Shown: positions 26,151-40,545 of the stretch, piece by piece | Numbering within the stretch: position 1 is the stretch's first letter | Layout: the number at the start of each line of letters is the position of its first letter | NCBI GenBank assembly: GCA_023334545.1 | Contig: JAADVB010000012.1 | Coordinates: 1-64,000, forward strand | Source of the DNA: Salisapilia sapeloensis CBS 127946 | Taxonomy: Eukaryota > Protista > Oomycota | DNA: 64,000 nucleotides | Direction of reading: 5' to 3' | Translations under genes and position numbers: made by a program | The notes under the pieces: generated by a model | Database searches by the model: none | Told to the model about the DNA's origin: nothing | What the model saw: only the letters and a program-made list of their open reading frames with translations

Positions 26151-28555
26151 ATGCCATTTAAAGCGCCAAAATGGTACATAAATCACCTCTAGTTGATGCG
26201 ATAAATGCAGAGAGCAGTCTAACAAGTCACTTGGATGTAATGAATAATAGGGCTGCAATGCCACTTCGTCGAAACAGCGATGCTCGGCTGGATGTCGAGA
26301 AGGAAGGCGAGATCATTGAGAACATTAAAATCGGATACAAGGCTTGTACGTTACTAGGTCGTAAGGAAGAATTATGTGACGCAGTGCTTCAACATCCATC
26401 CGTCTCTCGCCAACATGCTGCTATTATCCACGACGCCGATGGAGCTATCTACATTATGGACTTGAAATCAGCACAAGGAACATTTGTCAACGCCAAAGAG
26501 ATCAGTCCAGAAACACCAGTCCAACTACAAAGTATGTTTCTTTATATCTAACCGCCTAGAGCATAAGAAACGTATTAACAGTCTCCGTTCTTTCACTTTA
26601 GAGGATGATCGGGTCCAATTTGGTTCGAGCACACGGACCTATCACTTCCATAATCCAGTAAAGCCATCAGAGAAAGAGGACTCTGCACCAAGTATTGACG
26701 AACAACTGCCTGCAATGCCGAAGAGCTTTGGTTCCCAGTCAAACAACGAGGACGTTGTCACCTCAACTTCGAAAGCGCCACAGCAAACGGATCGACAGAA
26801 GGTGTTTGCTTCCCACTACCACACACTTGCTTCTCTCTAACACTATCTACGTAGCGAGAAGCAGAGATCGCCGCTATGACGGCTGAAATGATGTCCGCTC
26901 CAGCCTCCGTCGCTCCCAACGCACCAGCACCAGAAGAAGTAGATAATGAAGAGGAGAGCTCTTCCGAGTCGGACGAAGATGTAGCAAAAGATGACATTGC
27001 GTCTAGGTACTCTTTACCAATCTCTCAGCAGATCTCTCTCCCAGGTCATTCGAAAGCCATCTCCTGCATCGCCTTTGATGCTCCCGGCGCTCGAATCGCC
27101 ACAGGGTCAATGGACTACGACGTGAAGCTATGGGACTTTGCCGGCATGGAACGCCACGTTCGTCCATTCCGTAACATTGAAGTGGAAGAAGGCAATCCGC
27201 TCGTGGCACTTAGCTATAGTCCATCCGGGGATCGTTTCTTAGCTGCGACTGGGTCCTCTCAACCGAAAGTGTTGACGAGAGAAGGCGTGGAGGAAGTTCA
27301 GTTCATGAAAGGGGACATGTATGTGATGGACATGGCAAATACCAAGGGACATACACATAGTGTCACGGGTGGCATGTGGAATCCGAAGCGTAAGGACCAG
27401 ATGATGAGTAGCTCTTTAGACGGAACCATTCGTATCTGGGATTTGAATGGAAAGATGCACATGGAAAAGCTAGTGAACTCGCAAGTACTAAAGGTCAAGA
27501 GTAAACAGGGAAAGCGTACTGGTGTGACAGCATGTACGTACAATCTGGATGGAACGATGGTAATTGGTGGTACGATGGACGGTCAGATCCAGTGCTTTGA
27601 CCCGAGAAAAGCATACGCTGGTTCGGTCAAGACGATCAAGAATGCACATGCAGATGGAGGAGGTGACTTGGGCATCTCTAGCCTACGTTTCTCCCCGGAT
27701 GGAAAGATGCTCGCGTCTCGATCGAGTTCAGACGATAGTATCAAGCTGTGGGATCTACGTAAGCCAAAGGACTATGTGAAGAAGTTTTCTGGCATCGACA
27801 GTGTGTTTGGTACTTCCAACGTAGCTTTTAATACGATTGGTACATGCCTTGTTGCCGGTACATCCGTTCGTAAAGGCAAAGGAGAGCGTGGTCGTATCTT
27901 GTTCTTTGATGTGCACACGCCGAATGTGGTGGATCCGATCTCGAGTTTAGAAGTGGAGCAGGATGAAAGTGTCATTTGTGTCGAGTGGCATGCTGGATTG
28001 AATCAAGTGGCGATCGGTGGATCGTCTGGTACGTGTAAGATGCTGTACGATCCGCAGATGAGTCGCAAGGGAGCGATGCTAACAGCGACGAAGAAGATGA
28101 AGACAAGGCCAGTGGACTCAGGTGTACGTCTAGAAGAGCAGGGACAAGTGTACAATCCGAATGCCTTGCCAATGTACAAGGACGAACCATCGAAGAAGCG
28201 CAAGTACTCCAAGATCCGAGCAGATCCAAAGGCTTCCAAGATACCTGAGAAACCGATTTCTGGACCTGGTATGGGTGGTCGTATCAGTGGCACGTCATCA
28301 TTCACACAGTACTACATGAGTGGCCACGTGAAAGACAATTTCCGTGAAGAAGATCCGCGTGAAGCGATTTTAAAGTATGCGAAGCAAGCAGAGGAAGACC
28401 CGCAATTTGCTGCTGCAGCTTACGATAAAGCGACTGGTGGTGGTAAAAAGGTGGATAAGAAGTATGACATTGCACAACAGACCTTGGAAGACGAGATCAC
28501 GGCTGCAGAAGAAGAGGAGAAGAAGTTACTGAATCCGCTCGGGTATCACGAGTAA
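26151..28555 (+). CDS. FHA domain fused to WDR70/GAD1-like WD40 protein (4 exons)
   Basis: ATG 26151 (MPFKAPKWAAMP); introns 26174-26250, 26532-26601, 26802-26854. FHA motifs GRKEELCD..HPSVSRQHA..DLKSAQGTFVN. WDR70 motifs GSMDYDVKLWDFAGM, KGDMYVMDMANTKGH, EEDPREAILKYA. Confidence 0.85.
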
Positions 28556-28702
28556 CTGATCTAGCTATAAACCGTAGCTGTAGGTTTAGATCATATAGAT
28601 ACGTTTTGATTCGCAGATATTGGAAGGCAGTGTTTTGATTGGTGCAAGTATACGTGTAGACGACATGTAGCTCTTCCAGAATCCACTTCACGAGATCCGA
28701 AT

Positions 28703-30528
28703 ATGGCAGCCAAAGGAGGCACGGAGAAGCGTGTGACGCGCATCGATAAGGATGTGATGACGACGATGAAGCAGAGCAAGATACTTTCCATCCTGTATGA
28801 CTTCATGTGGAGTTACAGGCATTTCCCGTACGTGGCACTAGCCATGCTTCTAGGAGAGGCGATTATCGGCCACCTCATCATCCAATATGTGCCATGTACG
28901 TCCTCTTCGCTTGTTACAGTAGTCCAAGAGACTTATTTATGAAATGCAATACAGATACAGAGATCGACTGGAAAGCGTATATGCAGCAAGTGGAAATGTT
29001 TAAAGCTGGGGAACGTGACTACGCTGCTATTCGTGGCGATACTGGACCGCTTGTCTATCCTGCCGGGTTTCTCTATGTCTTTTCAATCCTCCATTCCGTC
29101 ACAAACAATGGGCAAGACATTCAGACAGGTATCTTACGTCTCATGACTGTGTAAATGACCCAACTAAGGCCTTGGTATTAGCTCAGTACATCTTCTTGGG
29201 CTTCTATATCGTCACCATTGGCACTATATTTGCCATTTGCTACCGTGCGAGAGTCGTGCCACCATGGGCGACTATCTTCCTTTGCACGTCGAAACGTCTG
29301 CACTCCATTTACGTTCTACGATTGTTTAACGACGGTGTGGCAATGATGCTGGCGTACATTGCCATCTACTTATTCACTCGTCAGCGATGGAGATGGGGGT
29401 GTGCAGTGTTCAGCTTTGCCGTCTCAATCAAAATGAACGTCCTGCTCTTCGCACCTGCGCTCTTCTTCCTACTGCTCCAGTCTGGAGGCATCCTGCGCAC
29501 AGCTTGGTACCTCTTGATCTGTGCTGGTATCCAAGTACGTTCTCAGACATCAACATCTCTACTCTGTAGTCCGTACTAACAACTGTCTTTAGATTGGTTT
29601 AGCATATCCGTTCTTACGACATAACTGGGTGAATTACCTCAGCAAAGCATTTGAACTCGATCGAGTTTTCATGTACAAGTGGACAGTGAACTGGAAATTC
29701 GTGCCTGAAGAGATCTTTGTCTCCAAGTGGATGGCATGGGGATTACTTGCTTGTCACGTCTTTTTCCTTTTGCTTTTCCTAGAGAAACACTTTCGTATTC
29801 GAGGCACTTTTATTGCTGTTATGCAAAAGCCATGGGCGATCTACGAACCATTTCCAATTCGTAGTGAAGTGATCGTCACGTCACTCTTTAGTGCCAACTT
29901 TGTCGGCATCGTCTTCTCACGTACAATGCACTACCAGTTCTATTGCTGGTACTACCCGACGCTCCCATATTTGCTCTGGAAGACGAACATGCCATTGCTA
30001 TTCAAAGCTAAAGTGCTCATCATCTCCGAGTATGCGTTCAATGCGTACCCAGCATCAACTGCAAGTTCCTTGGCGTTGCAGATATCCAATCTCTTCTTTC
30101 TCATCATGCTACTCGCGACGGATGATGCACTGACGAGATACATTCCGTACTTGGATGCCGAGTCGAGGCAGAACCTGATTACGTTTGTGAATGAAGAGTC
30201 TTTCGATGGCTCTCGAATGCTTGCTCGATACTATGGTAGTATTACGGAAGATCTATCGCATGGGGCAAGAGCTGTGTCGATCGATGAGAACGAGCTGGTG
30301 CTGCATCTACCTGAATTGAAGCTGACGTTAGCAGTCGGATTCGCATCGAGTGGACCCATTACGACGGAAGGGTATGGTCGACAAGTTTTGCAAGGTATGA
30401 TCACGGAAGCAGAGGAAGGTGTTGCAGACGGTGAGACGATGGGTACTCGTGTTGCAAAGCAATGGGAAGCTGATGAGAAGAAGGAGAAGAAAGACAAGAA
30501 GGCATTAAGGAAGAGGAATGTGGCCTAA
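28703..30528 (+). CDS. ALG3: Dol-P-Man:Man5GlcNAc2-PP-Dol alpha-1,3-mannosyltransferase ALG3 with an extra C-terminal DUF2470-like domain (4 exons)
   Basis: [74 protein letters not shown]. The last exon continues about 140 aa past the final TM helix. Confidence 0.93.
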
Positions 30529-30676
30529 TGTACCGAAGAAAAGAATTTAGATTCCACTCTTTTGTCTTTTGGATTTTGCATATAGTCTGGACGATAGGTT
30601 TGTCAAATAGAGGGAAAATGGACGAAGTAATGATATGATGCTTCATGCTTGTCAATCAAGTGAGAACTGATTCCTC

Positions 30677-32442
30677 ATGACCGTCAAGCTCGCGTTTGAA
30701 GTCGATGACGATGGGTCTCGTGCTATCCAAGAGCAGGTGAATGTACAAGTGCAGGATGGAGTGCGTGACGAAAGCGTGCCATTTGAAGAGTACTATGCAC
30801 TTCAATACACTGCTGAGCAGCTCCTCACCAACGGATTCCGGTGTATTGCGCTGCAGTTTCCAGACTCTTTGCTCACTGATGCACCGCGCGTCCAGCAAGA
30901 ACTCATGGTAGGATACTCATGGCTAATTCTATGCTCCTATCACAAGTATGAAGCTAATATGTAATTGCAGAACCGGTTGGGTGGCGAGTACGATCGAGTC
31001 TTCGTATTAGGCGATACATCGTATGGAAGCTGTTGTGTGGATGAAGTAGCTGCCCAACACCTCTATGCTGATTGTGTCGTGCACTACGGTCGTACATGTC
31101 TGAGGTAATCGAAGTCTATAGATATGGTAATCAATTAGAAGCTTATGAATGGTGCTTATAATGTAGTGCGACGTCTCAACTTCCAGTGATCTATGTCTTC
31201 GGGAACTCTCCTGTAGACACTGGTGACTGTGTCAATAAGTTGGCACCGACAATCGAAGAGATGGACAAAGAGAAGACGTTGCTACTGCTATGTGAGCCAT
31301 GCTATTACCATGCGATGAGCGACATAAGCAGTCTACTACAAGACCGCTATCCTAACCGACACATCTCGACATGCTACATGCCTCAGTTCTATAATCCCAA
31401 GGATCCTTCTCATAATGAGGACGCTAATACACCAAAAACAGTCATTGGCGGACAAGAGTTCCCGATTGAAAGCGAGAATAATGAACTTGATCCAGAAAAG
31501 TACGCTCTCGTGTACATTGGAGGCGAGTCAGAGCACTTGACTAGTGTCCTCTTACGCATGAGTTCTTTCGACTGTTTCTCCTACAACCCAGTGGGAAAAC
31601 GTCTACGTAAGGAAGGAGCAACAGTGAATCGAGCATTGATGAGAAGGTAGAATAAATAGTCCTAGTACTTGTTACCATTTTATAATTTTAACTCCTTGTA
31701 GGTTCTTCTTAATGCAACAAGCAAAGGAAGCAGAGATCATTGGCATCCTCATGGGTACTCTTGGTGTCTCCAAGTATCTCGATGTCGTTCAGAGTTTAAA
31801 AAAGCTTATTCACAAGTACGAACGCAGTATTTGTATGTATGAAAAGCACTTGACTAATAGAAATCAATGTGTAGGAGTGGTCGCAAGTCATACATGTTTG
31901 TTGTCGGGAAAATTAACATCCCAAAGCTAGCGAATTTTGCTGAAATCGACGCCTTTGTGCTTGTTGCTTGCCAGCAAAATACGTTGATGGACTCGAAAGA
32001 GTTCTTTAAGCCGATTGTGACACCGTATGAATTGCAGATGGCATTGTCTCCGGATGAAGAGACGGCTTGGACAGGTCAATACAAGACAGATTTCGGTGAA
32101 GTGCTGCCTGCGATCGAGCAAACGAGTGCCGAGCTCGAGACGCAAGAAGGCAATCCCGATAGTGACAAACCATTCTTTTCGCTCGTCACTGGTGCGTACA
32201 AGAGTACGCGAAATGCGCACAATGATACAGGAGAAGTGTTGGCGATCGAAGGGGAGAAGGGTGATGCGTTGCAGGTGCGCGATCAAGAAGGCCAGTTGAC
32301 AAAGTATAGGAGCGAAGCAGCTGAGTTTTTAAAGACACGAGAGTATCAGGGACTAGACCCGCGCATTGGCGAGTCGAAAGCCCATGCAGCAGTTGCAGGA
32401 AGCAAGGGCATCGCCAAAGGATATACACAGGAGGAAGAATAG
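30677..32442 (+). CDS. DPH2: Diphthamide biosynthesis protein 2 (multi-exon)
   Basis: [70 protein letters not shown]. Confidence 0.92.
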
Positions 32443-32753
32443 ATCATCTTTTTTCGATAGCACATGGCAAGTACTTCTTCTTACCATTGCATTATAAGAT
32501 TAAGTATAGATCTTGGTAGTTAAGTAGTGGTCTGTCATCTAGTTATCCCTTCACCTTGTCTATGTTTCCATCTGCTGAGGACATTGCTGTAGGCTTAACG
32601 GAGGTTCCTTGCCCAAGTTACCATACGTGTGTGTGATTTACGTCTGGTGCTAAATGTACTAGTAGGTTATATATTTCTACCCTTACAAGATCTGCTGACA
32701 CGAAAAATCTAAACGGAAGATTATATATAGGAAGTGCTTTGGCGTGAGTACCT

Positions 32754-35243
32754 ATGGGCGCTGGTCATTCATCCAATGCATTAATCTCGGTGGAAGAGCA
32801 GGAAGCATTGGAGAGGTTATTGGGACCGACTGCATTGACAGATGAGGATACAGCATTGTTAACGGTGCTCTCATCTGACTCACTACTCGGTCATCTCACG
32901 CTGGACCAATTGAAGGCTTTTGATGCACACTACGGAAACTCAATTGGTATATATGGTGTGCACTAGTAAATATGTCTTGTGTACTGAGTTGTTGCGAATG
33001 TAGCATCGAATAACGATCGATCGAGGAACTTTAGTTTGATAGCACAATTCCTTATTTCTCATCTACCGTACTGCATTGACACTCAAACTGGTGTGGAAGA
33101 CGACGAGATTGAAGAAGATGTGGATGTAGAGGTGTATCGTCACATGTGTATGAACGCTCTCTTTCTCTCTCGCCATTTTATCCTGCGCTTTGTGGACAAA
33201 CAGACAGAGGTGCCACTTCTCACTCACTTTCAAGCTTTGCCACAGACAACAAAAGGTGAGTACGACTACTCTTCTGAACGATATCGTCGTGAGGGCTTTT
33301 CTTTAGGTATGCAACCTCTTCTGACAGAGCCTACAGCAAAAGGTCCCCCTTCAGCCACCAATTCGTCTTCGAATGATCTATCTTCTCCGTTTCTTGACGC
33401 GCTAATTTCTTTCTTACTATCGTCCGAGTCTGTTTCAGATGAAAATTATGAACTGTATCTCGAGACAGTAAATACGCTGCTAGCTCTTCTCACTCCAGTC
33501 GTTTATCCACGTGATTACCGCGCACCACGCGATAGCTTGGATCAACACAATCCGTTTTTAAACATGCTTATGACTATGCCAGCTTCAGAAAATACTGTTG
33601 ACCTGCCCAATCGTGTCGTTCTGAGGTTGTTAGAGCATGTGATGGACGACAGACCGTCACCTCATCTCCCTACCTTCCCAGGTTCTGATACAGGCAATTT
33701 ATCTGCAAATGTCACTTTAAATAATACGGAGAAAGTATCGTTAATCCGCATCTCCGAGACGAAAGAGACGAAAAAGGAAGCAGAGCAGTTTTCCTACTTG
33801 ACACTTGGAGGCATCGGTTCCATCGCTTCTTCCATCTTTCGTTTCCCAAAGAAATTTTACGATTACTTTGTGGTAAAGGACGAAGAGTCTGCTCCACTTG
33901 CTGAACGTAGTCTCATGCTAGTGCTTGTTTTGCTCCAAAGCTGTCGTGATAGTGATACGCCGGTACTTAATCCATATCGAGAAGCTCTGTACAATCTAAA
34001 GACGAACGTCTCTACGAATGAAGGAGCCGCACCGACTTCGTACCACCAGCTACTCTCCTCTTTGGGTCGAAAAGCTCCGTATGAAACAGGGCACTTGCTT
34101 TTATATACGCTCATCTATTCTTCCCCATCTATCGCAGCATACTGCACGTCCCCCACAACGGTCGGAATGGATGACAACGTTCTACTTCCTCTGCTAGAGA
34201 CGCTGTATCATGCGAAGAGTGTTGAACCAGGACGACTTTATGTACTCGTCATCGTCCTCTTATCGTTTACACAAGACACAGCGTTCGTCGAGGCTGCACA
34301 CACGAAACGCTGGATCCGACAGGTACCATGGTACTCTGAACGATACATCTTAGACATTTCACTCGGTAGTTTAATGCTCGTCATCTTCACGCGCCTTGTA
34401 CTGCGTAATATTGCTCACTTCCAGGACAGTTTCTTGCATGTAAACGCCTTTGCAGCACTCTCAAATCTAGCACGTAGAGCTCAGCAGCTGCATCCGTATG
34501 CTGCACAAAGTCTTATATCGCTAGTATCTACTCTTGCCAAGAGAGAGGCGTCGTTATATAAGAAGATAGGAGCTAATACGTCTTCGGAAGAGCATGCAGG
34601 TGTAGAGATAGATGTGAATGAAGTGGAGATGATGGCTCAGCGCGAGCGTGCGTACGTTGAGTTCATTCGACTGCTACTGGGCATCGTCGCTTCATGCTTA
34701 AAGGCTGATCTTTTGCCACGAAACCCACAGCTTGTAAGCTGCGTAGGATGATTATCGTAAAGAAGTGTAGACTAATCGTGTTTGATCTAGATTTATTCGA
34801 TGCTGCACGAAGCAGAGGTGTTCAAGATGCTGCAAAGTCGAGAAGAGTTTGCTAGTTACATTCTTGACACGCCGATCTGGAGGACTTTAGTTCGTTTCCA
34901 GACACTTGTGGAAGCGAAGGCACCGAAAGAGGATGGAGATCAAGCACCGACGGTACTAGATGTGGACGAAGTGCTATCGACGATTCAAAATGAATGTGTA
35001 AGTATCCTCGCCTCAACCGAAGCGACTCGACCGAGGAATAGTAGTCAAGAGGAGCCGGAGGATGATATGTTCCGATATGAAGAAGAAGCTGATCCAGAAC
35101 AGTTTTTCATTCCATATATCTGGAAATTGATTCATGAACAGACACCAGACTTTAGTTGGAATGAAGAAAAGATCACACTCTTTCGTGTATCAAGTCGGTC
35201 GAATGGACAAACACAGGATGGAGATGTAGACAGGATTCAGTAA
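32754..35243 (+). CDS. DYM: Dymeclin (3 exons)
   Basis: N-terminal MG (myristoylation), VPWYSERYILDISLGSL, LHPYAAQSLISL, and C-terminal FRYEEEADPEQFFIPYIW. Confidence 0.88.
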
Positions 35244-35317
35244 AGACATTTGATCGTGATGGCGATGCGTAATTGAAGAAAAGTTTTGGACCATTGACTC
35301 TTACACTTTCTCCAGAA

Positions 35318-36398
<1,081 letters not shown>

Positions 36399-36496
36399 TT
36401 AATGTCCACCAGATATGTCGGCAACATACAAAGTTCAAGTCAAAGAGGCGAACAACAAATCTAAACAACTAAACATCGACGGGGTTTCGAGCTGAG

Positions 36497-37123
36497 ATGC
36501 CACGTTATTATTGCGACTACTGCGATACATACCTCACGCATGACTCGGTAAGTATTGCCATGGAGCCTGTAGTGGAGTTTTGCGTATATACGTACTGATT
36601 TGACTCATTTGTGTGGTTTTATGATAGCAAGCGGGTCGAAAACAGCATAATCGAGGCTGGAAGCATCGCGAGAATGTAAAGCTATATTACGACCAGTTCA
36701 TTGCGAACCAAGGACATGGTGCTGTCCATCAACCATCAGGCATTGGCATCATGGCGCGTAAGCAGTCCTACTTGGCGAGTGTATAAAACTAGGTATTAAA
36801 TCCTATGATATAGCTGGTGCATGGCTGAGACCTCCCATGGGCGGTGGAATGCCTCCTCGGCCTGGCATCCCGAACGGACCACCGGTCGGATTCCCACCTC
36901 AAGGAGGCCCACCACCTCCAGGCAGAGGAGTGCCTCCTCCAAATATGATGCGACCTCCCCCGCCACACATGCGAGGTACTTTATATATATCGTACCACCG
37001 TAACAGCTTCAGATTAAATGGATGTCTTTTTATATAGGTCCTCCACCGATGGGACCACCTACAGGTGCAGCTCCAGTGAGTGCTCCACCACCACCAAGAC
37101 CGTCCATTTACGGCCCTCAATAG
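36497..37123 (+). CDS. SNRPC: U1 snRNP protein C (4 exons; missed by the ORF track)
   Basis: [17 protein letters not shown]|[21 protein letters not shown] zinc finger followed by a Pro/Gly/Met-rich tail. Confidence 0.95.
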
Positions 37124-37256
37124 TAAATCAATGAGAGCAAAGCTATTTCTTTTAACATGATATCGATACTGTTGTTACATGAGCGAGCTTAAATCTGTGT
37201 CAACGAGCAGTATGATAAAATAGACTGAATGCTTTGATTGTGAACGGATTATCTGA

Positions 37257-38427
37257 CTAATCTGATGATGCATCCTTTGGCTTTATAAACATGTTGTAGA
37301 CCACGGCAAGAACACCGAGCAGTAAGATGAGACAAATGAACTCCATGATGCATCTGTCTGCACCACGACCTGACTTGCTTAGTGCCTTTCGCATCTTGGC
37401 ATTTACTGTCACCACTACTCAAGTAGCTAAGTTAGTTCTTTTTAAAGGTATGAAAGAGGAAGTACATACCTTGTTCTTTAGCGTTTTCCATTCGTTCATT
37501 AAGATCATCAAGCATGATGGCTTGATGCTGTACCTCATCATTCAATCCTTGTGCTAATTGACCAAGCTCTTTGACACCAACGCCAATCTGGTCGATAATA
37601 GTATCCTAGAAGCATTTATTAAGAAGATAAGTGACGTCGTATGCACTTTCAATATGGCTTATGGACGTACAAATTTCTCATCATTCTTTTTGATCTGTGC
37701 CATGGTCGATCTGTGCTCATCCGTCAGCTCTTCTTTACGCATATCACTAGTACCAGCGGTAGAGCTTTGCCATGCTGAGGTAGTCATAGCTCCGTCGGTG
37801 GGTGCTGTGGAAAACGGGTTACTATCGCTATTGCTGACGCTAGGCGAGGAAGCAGCTATCTTATCCGATCGAGCAGCGCCACGATTTGATCGCATTATGG
37901 TAATAGCTAACTCTCTTGTCACAGATAATTCCGATGCATATTGCTGTATAGTATCTCTGCGCATCTGGAGCTCTTCAGCGGAGAATTTGAGCTGTTCGTT
38001 CATACTGTTAGCAATCAAAGTACTGGTAAAAGGAATCTCAGCTAAACTAACTCTTTTCTTTTTCTGATCACGATCACATATCTGACCTAGCGCTTCAATA
38101 TCTTCTGATATGAGTTGAAAATCCTCTCGTACTTCCTGCTGCCGTCGGACTACTTCACTTGGCGGACGTGCTTTCTTCTTAGGATTGTCTTGATCTTGTA
38201 AATTCTTCATCATATCGACAAGTTAGACACTTTTGTAGACTAAAGAAAGTATCAGAAGTTCCTACTGCTTTTAGGCGATGCAATCGTTCCGCAACTCGGA
38301 TTTTAACTTCCTGAAACTGGTCTCGATTATCTCCTTTCGATGGCGACTTGCTACCATCTCGACCACCGAGGTCTTGATGGATCAAAGAGACCTTGGCCAG
38401 TAAATCGTCCACTTCTTTTTGACTCAT
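37257..38427 (-). CDS. Qc-SNARE, SYP7-like syntaxin (multi-exon)
   Basis: Spliced C-terminus IKKNDEKF|DTIIDQIGVGVKELGQLAQGLNDEVQHQAIMLDDLNERM...CIMEFICLILLLGVLAVVYNMF: SNARE heptad plus C-terminal TM helix. Confidence 0.8.
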
Positions 38428-38588
38428 ACCAATAGACAATGTGCTTCACAAGTGCTAAATGATGCTCAGTCGTAATAAAAAATAAAAGGCACTCGTGATC
38501 GTTTCGACCTACGGACGTTCCTGCCAACTTGAAGTTAAATCAAATGTAGCCATTCAGATACAACAAATTCAATTTTTTAGGTGATCCC

Positions 38589-39947
38589 ATGGCCATGTCA
38601 CGCTCGATGATCTCTTGGCTGTTTGCCTGCACTTGTTGCTTTGTATTTGGAGCCCTTGTCGCTCGCATGAGCCTTTGGAGCAGCAGTTTCTTTTCATATA
38701 GCACAGTATCGTGGGGCAAGTCGACATTATCTCGATCAGAGCGATGGGGAGAGCTCCATGATGCCGTTGTGAGCGACGAAACACTAGCACAAGGTTCTCA
38801 TGGAGATAGAGGTATAGTGATCTGTGCCAACGACCAGGAACTACCATTGGTCGTGTCACTTATCAGTGAGATGAGGTGCATCGGCAATACAGAGCCGATC
38901 GAAGTCTACCATTGCTTCGACGAATTATCAAACAGCAGCAGAAATGTATTACATGAAGTGGATGATACTCTTGTGGTTGTGGACTTGTGCAGGATCATTC
39001 TACAAGATACTACTCGGGACTGGTTTAAAGGCAGCCGAGACCTGGCCTATACGTTCCAAAGCTATTGGCTCAAACCGCTTGCTCTTGTCTATACTGAGTT
39101 GACAGAAGTGATCATACTCGATGCTGACACTCTTCTCCTCGATAATCCAACTCAACTACGACAGCTAGAAGACTATAAAGAGACAGGGACATTGTTTTTC
39201 CGAGATCGTGTCGCGTATGTCTCCAATTTTCTCACGAAACCGACCAAAGTCTACGAGCAAACAGTCTTACAGCAACTTGTTCGGAACTTTCCATACGCAA
39301 AGTTTGGTGTAAAGGGTGGGAAGCCATCTAAGCAGCTTCGAGAAAGCTTTGCGTATCAAGGTTTATCAGCACATGAAATGGATTCGTCCCTCGTGCTTGT
39401 CGATAAGAGCAAGGCATCCATCCCCATGTCCATTCTGCTGTATCTAGTGACTACAGTACGTTTTGATATGGACTTTTCATGGGGAGATAAAGAAGCTTTT
39501 TGGCTGTCCTATGAACTCGCACAACAGCCATACTACTTTTCTCCGTGGGGACCAGCTCAAGTGGATTCCGTACCGAATCAGGACTTGATAGTGCATCCAA
39601 AGACGTTGTGTGGTAGTATGGCACAGTACCATCCAGTTGATACAGATCAAGTAGATCTGTTGTACGTGAATGCAAAGGCTCTCCTAGAGCCGTATCCAAT
39701 AGGTGTGAACAAGACGTTGGCAGGACAACGACACAAGATGTTTAATCCATTTCCGACGGTCTTGACGCCCTTGTATAGACGATCGGAGCTGTCACTCGAT
39801 CAAGAGATATCACTTGAATGTATGCAAGACTTGGGGGCAGTCGAATTGCCTCCAACTTTCCGACAAAAGTTGCTCCGAAGACAGCTCCACTACATGGCAG
39901 TGATGGCGAACACGACGTCTGCGCTCTCTGTCTGTCACTTTCCTTAA
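38589..39947 (+). CDS. GT71/MNN-family alpha-mannosyltransferase (type II membrane protein)
   Basis: N-terminal signal anchor; RGIVIC, PIEVYHC, WLKPLAL, VIILDAD (DxD), GTLFFRDR, EMDSSLVLVDK, WGDKEAFWL. Confidence 0.88.
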   Translation: MAMSRSMISWLFACTCCFVFGALVARMSLWSSSFFSYSTVSWGKSTLSRSERWGELHDAVVSDETLAQGSHGDRGIVICANDQELPLVVSLISEMRCIGNTEPIEVYHCFDELSNSSRNVLHEVDDTLVVVDLCRIILQDTTRDWFKGSRDLAYTFQSYWLKPLALVYTELTEVIILDADTLLLDNPTQLRQLEDYKETGTLFFRDRVAYVSNFLTKPTKVYEQTVLQQLVRNFPYAKFGVKGGKPSKQLRESFAYQGLSAHEMDSSLVLVDKSKASIPMSILLYLVTTVRFDMDFSWGDKEAFWLSYELAQQPYYFSPWGPAQVDSVPNQDLIVHPKTLCGSMAQYHPVDTDQVDLLYVNAKALLEPYPIGVNKTLAGQRHKMFNPFPTVLTPLYRRSELSLDQEISLECMQDLGAVELPPTFRQKLLRRQLHYMAVMANTTSALSVCHFP

Positions 39948-40044
39948 CAATAGAATCCTACCAACTATTGAGCAAAGAAGATGGTATATTCACGTTATTC
40001 CATGCGTTGTACAAAGCCTCGACGGGAGGCATATACCTCGCTTT

Positions 40045-40359
40045 CTACTTTTTACCATTTTCAAGCTGCTCAATCCGCTTGGACAATGCATCGTTCTGAG
40101 CGACCATTTCGTTCTTCAATCCATTCATCGTAGCTTGAATATCCTTCGTCGAGTCCTGTACGTCTTGCGTAAGCTGGTACATGCCGATGCCACTAGCCAC
40201 AGCAAAGCCGACGACGAAAGAGCTCAGACGTTGACCAAAGGAGCTTCCCTTCTTCTTCGGGGCCGGTGCCGCCGTAGGTGGCGTCACAGCAGGTTCCGAA
40301 GCAAAGGAACGGGTCTGCTGAGCGAGCTTTCGCGTCGTGCGGAGGACCTGTGAGCGCAT
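40045..40359 (-). CDS. Small single-TM protein with a mitochondrial-type presequence, unknown function
   Basis: MRSQVLRTTRKLAQQTRSFAS (R-2/R-3 cleavage motif), TM LSSFVVGFAVASGIGMYQL, short coiled coil. Confidence 0.75.
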   Translation of the reverse strand: MRSQVLRTTRKLAQQTRSFASEPAVTPPTAAPAPKKKGSSFGQRLSSFVVGFAVASGIGMYQLTQDVQDSTKDIQATMNGLKNEMVAQNDALSKRIEQLENGKK

Positions 40360-40545
40360 GATCTGTAGACCTCTTTTCTGGTGTGTCGTGAGCTTTTTGA
40401 CCGCACAGACTAAAACATGCGTTTTAATCTAATACTTATGTTTAAACTAGGAATTAGAAGTCGTTTCATGACCGGATCTTGAAAGGGTGTGCGCTTCGTC
40501 TTGTGCTACTTTGGACACCAGTCCTTCTTAGCGTGGAGAGTAACG

